Below, piece by piece: positions 34,635-43,900 of a DNA stretch of 64,000 bases. The translations under genes were made by a program, and so were the position numbers. The stretch is from positions 8,111-72,110 of the IMG/VR virus record IMGVR_UViG_3300012271_000010, one strand, 5' to 3'. Origin of the DNA: a virus. Position 1 is the first letter of the stretch. Every line of letters starts with the position of its first letter. The notes beneath the pieces are model-generated. The model was not told where the DNA came from and ran no database searches. It worked only from the letters and a program-made list of their open reading frames with translations.

Positions 34635-37198
34635 TGGGAATAAAACGTTACGTCGCCACAAAAGACTCAACAATTACGGATGCCTATAAAGACAATCTTA
34701 CTGACCGAGCCACTAATTCTAATATGGGCGCCAGCGATATCTTAGAAGTTTTTTCTATCTTTGGACAAGCAACTTCGACGGCTGTTGTAACTGGAACTGA
34801 TCTCTATACGCTAGAAAACATTTTTACTTCAAGCGTTTCTCAGGCTAGTGATGCGTTTGGACAAGGTCTTAGTAGATATGAAGATATTATGGCAATTGGA
34901 TCACCCGCATGGTCAGGGTCTTACACCGCCGAGGGCAAAGTAACTGTATTTAGAAGCTCAAGTATTGGTTGGTCTGAAGAGGCAACTTTGTTAAGTTCTA
35001 ATCCTGAAGTTTCATCGAATTTTGGTTTGGCGGTGGAAGCCTATGAAAATTTTATTTTAATTGCGAAACCACACTTTTCAAATACTACAGATCCATCAGG
35101 AAGTGTTGAACTATTTCATAGCAATAGTTCAGGTTGGACGAGTGTTCAAATTTTTAGCGGTTCAAATTTATTTTCTGGGGCTTCTCAGTTTGGTTATAAA
35201 ATGGACCTGGACTATCGAAATAATAAATTAATTGTTTCAGCTTATTTATCTTCTAAAGCTTTCATTTTTTCAAGCGGAAGTTCTGGTTGGGTTGAAGAAA
35301 CCGTTTTAACTGGTCCAGCAGCACAAGCCTTCGGTAATGATGTGGCTATAGAAGAAGATTATGCTGTCGTTGGTTCTTCCTACCGTTTTGATGTTAGTTC
35401 TATTACTGGATCGGCTTATATTTTTAAAAGTGGTAGCTCTGGTTGGGTTGAAGAAGCTATCTTGACATCGTCCGAATCAGCATTAGATGATTATTTCGGG
35501 TTTGGAGCAATTTCAATTTCATCTAACAAAGTTCTTGTTGGCGCCCAGCTCGGTGACGGCTTTAATGGGTCTGCTTATCTGTTTCAAAGCAGTAGTTCAG
35601 GTTGGTCTGAAAGCCAAGTTTTCAAAGATCCGCTCGCGACATTCGCCGAGGTTTTTGGGGTTTCTGTTAGAATAACGGGTTCTTTTGCAGTGATTGGTCG
35701 CGCTGGTGGCGGAACCAATACACCTGGATTCAGAATCTATGAAGCAGAAACCGGAGATTATATTGAAACTCAGTTTATAACTTCTTCTGTATTATCTTAT
35801 TCTAGTCTCATAGATGTTTACAGGGATAGTATCTTAGTAGCAACTGCTGATTCTACAAACGGAAGATTTATGGAGTTGTATTCTTATGACCCAATTGTAT
35901 CAAGTTTCGCTGATGCCATTGAATCTTCAAGACTCTTAGTGGAATTCCCAGTCACAGATATAATAAACGATAGAGCAGCAGGAAATTTACCTGCAAGTGG
36001 AAGTGTTAGTTTTTACCTTAACCTAAGTAATGCTCCTCACGGAGAGAACACACCTAAAGACTTTGATCTTGTGGTTGCGCCAATCTCTCAATCTTGGACA
36101 GAAGGTTTCGGACAAGATATGGAGTCTTACGAAGATTTAGGTCCAGTTAACTGGAATACTGCTTCAACAGGAAACGTCTGGAATAATTCAGGAGGTGATT
36201 ATTTGTCTTCTCCAGTTTACACTTCTAGTTTTTCTATTGGTGATGAAGATTTGAATGTCGATATTACAGAGTTGGTCGAATCGTGGATTAGTGGTACAGT
36301 TTCGAATAATGGTTTAGGAGTCAGACTTGCTCCGACTTATGAGAACAGCACAACAACTTCTTTCTTTACTAAAAGATTCTTTGGCAGGAGAACAGAACAC
36401 TTCTTTAAAACTCCATGGATTGAAGCCCGCTACAACAATGCAATTAAAGACAATCGAAATAGTTTCTATGCAAGCAGTTCTTTAGTCCCAGCATCAGAAA
36501 ATCTAATGACGCTGTTTTTATACAATAAAACTAGAAAAGGTCTTAAAAACATTCCATCTATCGGAACAGGACCAATTTATATGAGTTTGTTCTCAGGAAC
36601 TCTTGGACCCAGTGGAGCCGAACTTCTTCTCCATACAGGAGAATTAGCTATTACAGGCGGCGCCACTGATACTGGAATTTATACTGCTTCAGTCGCAATA
36701 GACACTCAATTTACTCAAGTGTGGGATGTTTGGCATAATAATCTTACTGGAAGTTCTAGGATCGAATACTTTACGGGAAGTGTGATTATTGCTTCTCAAT
36801 ATGCGGCATCTGATGATTTTGAAATTAGTGATTATGTTTTAAACATTACGAATTTAAAGCCGGAATACTCAAAATCAGAAGAAGCAAGATTCAGATTATT
36901 TACAAGATTGAAAGATTGGAACCCTACGATATATACTATTTCAATAGCAAACATAGAAAATGAAATTATCGAAGAGGCTTATTACAGAATTTTTAGGGTT
37001 ATTGACGATTTTGATGTTGTTCCTTATAACACCGGTAGTGATAATGCTACACTCTTAAGTTATGATAAAGTAGGAAATTATTTAGATTTTGATATGTCTA
37101 TTTTAGAATCAGATTATCAATATGGAATTCAATTTACTTTTAAATTGGAAGATAAGTACTACGAACAACCAGAAACTTTTCACTTTCGGGTTAGATAG
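34634..37198 (+). CDS. virion protein with FG-GAP repeat beta-propeller and DNRLRE-like domain
   Basis: repeated FG..V....VGA..GSAYIF....GW blades; W.EG.G..NW..W...GGD..VDITELVESW..NNG. Confidence 0.7.
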   Translation: MGIKRYVATKDSTITDAYKDNLTDRATNSNMGASDILEVFSIFGQATSTAVVTGTDLYTLENIFTSSVSQASDAFGQGLSRYEDIMAIGSPAWSGSYTAEGKVTVFRSSSIGWSEEATLLSSNPEVSSNFGLAVEAYENFILIAKPHFSNTTDPSGSVELFHSNSSGWTSVQIFSGSNLFSGASQFGYKMDLDYRNNKLIVSAYLSSKAFIFSSGSSGWVEETVLTGPAAQAFGNDVAIEEDYAVVGSSYRFDVSSITGSAYIFKSGSSGWVEEAILTSSESALDDYFGFGAISISSNKVLVGAQLGDGFNGSAYLFQSSSSGWSESQVFKDPLATFAEVFGVSVRITGSFAVIGRAGGGTNTPGFRIYEAETGDYIETQFITSSVLSYSSLIDVYRDSILVATADSTNGRFMELYSYDPIVSSFADAIESSRLLVEFPVTDIINDRAAGNLPASGSVSFYLNLSNAPHGENTPKDFDLVVAPISQSWTEGFGQDMESYEDLGPVNWNTASTGNVWNNSGGDYLSSPVYTSSFSIGDEDLNVDITELVESWISGTVSNNGLGVRLAPTYENSTTTSFFTKRFFGRRTEHFFKTPWIEARYNNAIKDNRNSFYASSSLVPASENLMTLFLYNKTRKGLKNIPSIGTGPIYMSLFSGTLGPSGAELLLHTGELAITGGATDTGIYTASVAIDTQFTQVWDVWHNNLTGSSRIEYFTGSVIIASQYAASDDFEISDYVLNITNLKPEYSKSEEARFRLFTRLKDWNPTIYTISIANIENEIIEEAYYRIFRVIDDFDVVPYNTGSDNATLLSYDKVGNYLDFDMSILESDYQYGIQFTFKLEDKYYEQPETFHFRVR

Positions 37199-37207
37199 GG
37201 AACAACA

Positions 37208-40200
37208 ATGCTTAAAAATCTATTTGGCAAAAAGTCTCAAAAATTATTAGTTACCGCAACGACCAATAGGGACTTGAAAAACGAAACAGAATCAGAAGAT
37301 TTTGTTAAAGCGAATATCATTGATAAGGAACGCTTTGTTCCTACTGTTGATTTTTCAGATCCAAATAATTTTGCTAGATTTGCTTCCGCTTCTAAATATT
37401 ATGTCGATGCAATCAATATGATCCAACGGTCATATCCCTACGATGGTTCTTTAGCTGAAAAGTTGAACTTTCACAATGACTCAGTTGATTTTCATAACTA
37501 TCTTTTTGAAAATGAATATCCCCGTACTAATGGATACATTAAGATCGGCGAGAGTTACGGAAGTGTCACTACTGCTTCTCATGGTTACGATACTCCTTCT
37601 GCTTTAGAATACATTTCTTTTAAAGGTGGTCCAAACGCAGCGGTCAGTGCTTCGTCTAAAACTTTAAAAACTCTCTTCAAAGAAGCAAATATTTACGATG
37701 TTGAAGACGATAGAACCTCAAATCTAGAAATGAATGCTAGCGGTGGCACCTCAGTAGAGTTTTGGCTCAAAAAAACAAACTTCTCAGGTTCTCAGAAACA
37801 AGTTGTTTTTGATCTTTGGAATAGCAGTTCTTTTGGCACTGATGAATACGGTCGTTTTCGAATCGAGGTGTCAGGAAATCAATTTTTTGTAGAATATAGT
37901 TCTGGTTCGGCAGGAGTATTTAATACTCCTTTAGGACAAAATTTAAATATTACTGGATCAGATTGGAAACATTATGGCTTCTCTATTGAAAACACAGGAA
38001 GTTCTCTTTCTATGCGTTTTTATGTTACAGGAACTCTTAATGACTCTTCGATAACTGGTTCTTCAACAGGTTTAGTTGCTGGTCCGATGCTTGGGTTTAT
38101 AGGTGCGTTGCAAACGCCAGTCTCTGGTACTTCTGGTTCCCTAGGAGATGCTAAATTATCCGGTTCTCTTGATGAATTTAGATATTGGAGAACTAAAAGA
38201 ACAGACAAAAAGATAAAAAGATATTGGTTTCGACAAGTTGGTGGTGGAACAAACACCGATGAAGCAAATACCGATTTGGGAATTTATTACAAATTCAATG
38301 AAGGAATCGTTGTAACTGGAGCTATCTTTCAGGCAGATAAAACGGTGTTAGATTATAGTGGTCGTGTATCAAATGGTACGTGGGTTGGCTACACTGCAAC
38401 TTCAAGAGATACTGGTTCTGCTATGGTAGAGTCAGGCGCTTCCGCATTTGAATTTAAAGATCCAATTCTTAATTCAAGCCACCCAAGGCTTATTTCTTTA
38501 CGAAACGCTAAGATTCTAACTGGTAGTCTTCACGATCAGGAAAACAGTTCTTACGTCTTTAACTCATTTCCTTCATGGATAACCGAGGAAGACGAAGTCT
38601 CTGGTGAACCTCTTAAAGACCTGGTTCAAATCACTGGTGAATTTTTCGATGACATGTATTTGAAAATTGAAGCCTTGCCTTCAATTAAAGACGCGGTTTA
38701 TCGTTCTGGCAAACCACTTCCTTTTGCTTCTAGACTGTTAGAATCCTTTGGTTTTACAGCTCCAGAAATCTTTACAAAATCATCTATCTTTGAAGAAATT
38801 CTTTCAACTGATAACGAAAGAGAATTCGAAGAAAAACTTCATAATGTTAAAAACCAAATTTATCAAAATATTTATAACAATTTGATTTATATCTATCGTT
38901 CTAAGGGAACTGAAAAGTCAATTAGAAATTTAATTAGATGTTTTGGTGTCGACGATGAATTGATCAAAATTAACATGTATGCTGCTGACGGAGTAGACTA
39001 TAAACTGGAAGATAGCTACCGTTACACAAGCGTTAAGAAAAATTATGTGGACTTTAATGATACTGATAGATTCGATTCTAATGTGTATCAAATGACTGCC
39101 AGCGGCAATTCTAATAGTCTTTCATACATTTCAGGAAATGTTGCTTCTGGTCTTGTAGGAACTACATTTGAATGTGAAACTATATTCCCGAAGAAGTTCG
39201 AAAAATCTAGTGAATTATTCTTTAGAACAGATTTTGTTTCTTGCTCATTGTTTGGAATGCATGAAGCCGACACGTCTTCGGGCTCCAACACTACGTTCTT
39301 TGGTTCTGACAGAGCTGAATTGAGTGTCTTTGCGATTCGTCCTGAAGAAGAATCAAAAGATGCCTATTTTATGTTAACTTCTTCTTACCTCGGTTTAGAG
39401 TTGACTAGCAGTACTTACAGAGATGTGTACGATAATGAGAAATGGAATTTTGGTGTACGTTTCCACCACGAAAAATATCCTTTATCTGATGGAGTGACAG
39501 GAAGTTCTACCGGCAATTATAATATTGAATTTTTCGGTGTTAACGCAGTTTTAGATGTTTTGCAGAATGAGTTTCTCTTAACTTCTAGTGTGACTGCTTC
39601 TTTAGCCGAAGGACATTTTACAGCTGCAAAGAGAATTTACGTCGGCGCACACAGAAATAACATGACAGGTTCGGTCTTGACTGGATTAGGCACAAATAAC
39701 GAACATTTTTCAGATGCAAAGATTTCAGGTGTAAGATATTGGCTTACTAACGTTAGTGATGTTATTCTTCGCGAACACGCTAAAGATCCAACTAACTTTG
39801 GTCCTGAACACCCTTATAGAAATATTGATGCTTACTTAACTTCTGAGTTGAATGGAATATTGGTTCCTCAAATTGAGACACTTGCACTTCATTGGGACTT
39901 TGACACAGTAACAGGGTCGGACAATGGAAGTGGCATTGGTCCTTCAAACACTTCTGACGCCAAATTTTTGGTAGAAGACTCATCTTCTGGATCAGTAGAT
40001 TTACAAACACGATGGAGTTTTATTGGAAATATTTCCAAAGCTCAACACCCTGGTCGCGGAGACTTCTTTTTGAGAAATAACAATCAAGTCGTTCAGCGAG
40101 AATACGTTTTTGCTGCTAGAAAAAGATTGCCTGAAACTCTCAATAGCGATGATCTGATTGAAATTCGAAGTCAAGATGACGAAAATTTCACAAGAGATAA

Positions 40201-40930
40201 GCGTCCAGTAAACCATTATTTTGCTATTGAAAAAAGCATGTATCAGACTTTGTCTGAAGAAATGATTAAGTTTTTTGGTACTATCACTGACTTTAACAAC
40301 TTGATTGGAGACCCGATTAATCGTTATAGACAAAGATATAATGATTTGGACAAACTAAGAACTTTATTTTTTGAGAGAATTGAAAATACACCTGATTTAG
40401 AAAAGTATGTAGATTTTTATAAGTGGATTGACAATTCGATCACTCAAATGACTTTACAGCTCATTCCAGCGTCAGCTAATTTTTCAACTTCTTTAAGCAC
40501 AGTAATTGAAAGTCATGTTCTGGAAAGAAATAAATATTGGAACAAATATCCTACTTTAGAATTGAAACAAGAGCCTCCTGAAGCTGCTGCGCAATCTATA
40601 GGAAAGCATAAATATAATTGGAAATTTGGTCATGCTCCTGTGGGACTACAGCAAAGTGATAATTGTTTGTGGTGGAGAGAAAGAGCGGAGAGAGACAATA
40701 AAACAGGTATAGATTTAAATTCTTTACGAGCAAATCTCTTAATAGCAACACTAAGCACTCTTAACAGAAGGTTCACGCAAGTGTATGATCTAAAAAGTAG
40801 CGTGACTGTGATAGATAAAGATCCGAAAAGTGTAGAAGTTGCGAAACAAGTAACAAGTTTCGGATCGGGTGGATACTTAGTAGTTGAGGCTACCGATTTC
40901 GAGACGCCAAACTGTGACGATGACTCCTAG
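37208..40930 (+). CDS. large virion/baseplate protein with LamG-like domains
   Basis: SVEFWLK..WKHYG..SGSLDEFRYW; YRSKGTEKSIRNLIRCFG baseplate-type motif. Confidence 0.65.
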   Translation: MLKNLFGKKSQKLLVTATTNRDLKNETESEDFVKANIIDKERFVPTVDFSDPNNFARFASASKYYVDAINMIQRSYPYDGSLAEKLNFHNDSVDFHNYLFENEYPRTNGYIKIGESYGSVTTASHGYDTPSALEYISFKGGPNAAVSASSKTLKTLFKEANIYDVEDDRTSNLEMNASGGTSVEFWLKKTNFSGSQKQVVFDLWNSSSFGTDEYGRFRIEVSGNQFFVEYSSGSAGVFNTPLGQNLNITGSDWKHYGFSIENTGSSLSMRFYVTGTLNDSSITGSSTGLVAGPMLGFIGALQTPVSGTSGSLGDAKLSGSLDEFRYWRTKRTDKKIKRYWFRQVGGGTNTDEANTDLGIYYKFNEGIVVTGAIFQADKTVLDYSGRVSNGTWVGYTATSRDTGSAMVESGASAFEFKDPILNSSHPRLISLRNAKILTGSLHDQENSSYVFNSFPSWITEEDEVSGEPLKDLVQITGEFFDDMYLKIEALPSIKDAVYRSGKPLPFASRLLESFGFTAPEIFTKSSIFEEILSTDNEREFEEKLHNVKNQIYQNIYNNLIYIYRSKGTEKSIRNLIRCFGVDDELIKINMYAADGVDYKLEDSYRYTSVKKNYVDFNDTDRFDSNVYQMTASGNSNSLSYISGNVASGLVGTTFECETIFPKKFEKSSELFFRTDFVSCSLFGMHEADTSSGSNTTFFGSDRAELSVFAIRPEEESKDAYFMLTSSYLGLELTSSTYRDVYDNEKWNFGVRFHHEKYPLSDGVTGSSTGNYNIEFFGVNAVLDVLQNEFLLTSSVTASLAEGHFTAAKRIYVGAHRNNMTGSVLTGLGTNNEHFSDAKISGVRYWLTNVSDVILREHAKDPTNFGPEHPYRNIDAYLTSELNGILVPQIETLALHWDFDTVTGSDNGSGIGPSNTSDAKFLVEDSSSGSVDLQTRWSFIGNISKAQHPGRGDFFLRNNNQVVQREYVFAARKRLPETLNSDDLIEIRSQDDENFTRDKRPVNHYFAIEKSMYQTLSEEMIKFFGTITDFNNLIGDPINRYRQRYNDLDKLRTLFFERIENTPDLEKYVDFYKWIDNSITQMTLQLIPASANFSTSLSTVIESHVLERNKYWNKYPTLELKQEPPEAAAQSIGKHKYNWKFGHAPVGLQQSDNCLWWRERAERDNKTGIDLNSLRANLLIATLSTLNRRFTQVYDLKSSVTVIDKDPKSVEVAKQVTSFGSGGYLVVEATDFETPNCDDDS

Positions 40931-40937
40931 GTAAAAT

Positions 40938-43900
40938 ATGTCAGAAATTTTTAAAACAAAGAAAAAACTTCCTTTTAGTATTGTTAGTTCATCTGTAAAA
41001 ACAGGTTATAACTCTGAGATTTCTTCTAGTTTTAGACCGAATATTGATATTGCTAACCTGCATGGCGATAATTATTCTTCTTATGAAGACGCTCCAGCTC
41101 AAGGACCTTTTACAGAGGCACACGTAGGAGGCAATAAACATCGTCATGCTCCTCTAAACGCCGGTGACGATGACGCTTCAAACCGCGCAGAAGCGTTTTT
41201 AATAAACCTTGATACTCCTGGTGAGCTGAGAGTTTATGGTCCAGAAACAGTAGACACAGCTTACCCAAGAGCTTCAATGCTACGAGGAAACGCAGCAAAG
41301 AGCCCTCTAAACCTTTCGAACATACAGAGTACTACAGGTTCTGCATTATTAGGAAATTACAAAAATGAATATGAAGTTCTACAGACTTCTGGTAGAACAG
41401 TCAATAATAGATTCATAAAGAACGACGGAGAAATCGCCGTTCTCAATCCGATCACATTTTTTGTAACTGGTGCTGCTGAATATACGCTTCCAAGTCGCGA
41501 AAACACTGAGACAAACAAGTTTATTTTTGTTGAAAGATTTAATGCACCAGGAGGATTTGATGTTTCTTCTCGCGGCATGCTCGATAGAGCAGCTGAAGAG
41601 ATGGCATCAAACAATGCCCTCCCTTTCAGAAATTTAAAAGTACGTCTTTCTCTTAGAAATTCTTTATCTGAACACACTGTTCCAGCAACAGGATTGTCAG
41701 GTTCCTTACATAAAGTAAATAGAAATACTCTTAGGCGCCCGAGCAAAAGCGACGATGGAACTTTTACTCCCTTGTACGACAATGGATATGTCAATCACCC
41801 AATTCCACAATCTGATTTACAATATAGTTGGATAACTTCTTCAGCTATTACGACTATGAACGAACTGTTAGGTTATCAACATAGTGGTTCACATTTAAAT
41901 AAAGCTGGTGCCTTCACCGACATAAGTTTTTCTGTTTCTGGCTCAGTCATTGATGATGATACTCTCACTGATCATTTGAATATAAGAGGATTCAACAAGA
42001 ATTTTCATTATATTAATAAATTTGATAAAACTTTAGAAAAAGACCGTTCTTTTTTTGTGTTTGATGGTCAGACTCAAACTTTTCCTGGGGCAGGTCAGCA
42101 TACCAACGCTATAGATTTGGGGAACACTTCGTTGTGGAACCACTCTATTGGAACTTTAGGAAGTAAGAAATTTACTCTCTCTATCTGGTTTAACTTAACG
42201 TCTTTCTCAGGTTCGGTAACTACTCCAAGATTGTTTGATTTTTCCAATGAAATGTATCTTGCTTTGGAAAGTGGTTCAAATAACAGAATTGATGTTGCGT
42301 TCATGCAAGACACAACTGGGGTTCATGTTTCTTATTTTACTAATAGTGGTTCTGCTCCAAATATCGATTTTGGAACTTGGCATCATGCTGTTTTGACATT
42401 CGATGGAACTCAAATAACCTCTTCAACTCCTCCTATACTCTACCTTGATGGAGCTAAAGTTCTATTACAAAATGATGATTCTCCGACTGGAGATATGAGT
42501 AGCTTTGCTTCTTTCGCTAATTGTTTTGTCGGAAATAGAAGAAGCGTAAGTTCAGCGGACCTCCCTTTTAGCGGTTCATTATCGGAAATTAGTATCTGGA
42601 ATGATGTTCTCACTGAAGAAGAGCAAGGTTTACTTTATTTAGCAACTAAGCCACCGAATAATATTGGTGCACCACTTAATTATCGCGAACACAAGATCGA
42701 TCAACAATACCCTTCGATGAGACGCAAATTGGTTTCTTGGTGGTCAGGTTCTGGTCGTCACCAAAGAAACAATGTTATTAGCGCTAACGGCGGCGGAAGT
42801 CCTAAGACTGGTATTTTTATTGAAGATGTCGCTCGAATTAACAATTACCACGCCGCAATGGGCTCCGGTGTAACAAAACAAAAGGTTGGTATAACTTCAC
42901 TATCTTTTAATAATGGTCCATATCAACATCCAATTTGGAAACAAATTCGTACTGGAGAAACACCAGTCGCTAGATTTCTAAGACACGCTAATATTATCAC
43001 AGTGCAAGATGAACCAATTTTGAAAGAAATCGTTTCAAACGGTAAACGAAGAGTTATAAAACCTAAGCGCTCTTCTACTTCTACTAGTTTTGTTGAGCCA
43101 CCGGTTTCTTCAAAATATAAACCAATTAAGCACAATTTGATGTTAAAGGGTACAGTAAATCCATTACTTGGACACGAAATAACTCATACTTATGCAAACA
43201 ATTTATCAATGTTTGCTAACAAGTCACTTAATCAACGTTTGAAAATTGATCGTTTAGATAAACAGATGTACGATCGTTTAGTTGAGTTTTATTTAGATTC
43301 TGATCTACCAGAGGAAGATAACCCAATTGCAAGATTTTTAAACCTTATTTATAAGGAAACTATCTTTCCTAAAGAAGAAAATACCTTTCTAGGTAAAACA
43401 AGAAGTCGACAAAAATACATTCTTGATCTTTCTGGGTTTTCATCAGAAGGTTATGATAAAACGTTTGGTTCACAGAGAGTTTTCTGGAGAGATCATTTTT
43501 CAGATAGACAAAGAACTGTCAATAAAGCGATTAATAGTCAAGGATTTATAATTTCTTCCTCATTAGGTGGAACTTCTGCGTATCCTATTGATCTCCACTC
43601 GGCTTATCTCACTTCTTCAGCTCTGGCATCTTCTTCAGTCCAAATAAACACTGGAATCGCCTTAACCTCTCAAGAAGTAATTAAAGTATGGAATTCACCA
43701 TCAGGATCTGGTGAATTGAATGCTTATGCCTTTTTAGAAAACAATAGAGAGGCATTTGTTTCTTCTATCCCAGCCATGTTCTATTCCGATACTTTAGTTG
43801 ATTTAGATTTTCTTTCTAATTTTCATCATTACACACAAAGTTTTGGTTCTTTGATGAATACCACAGGGACTTTTCCTTTAACGCCACCGCGCGCCAAATA

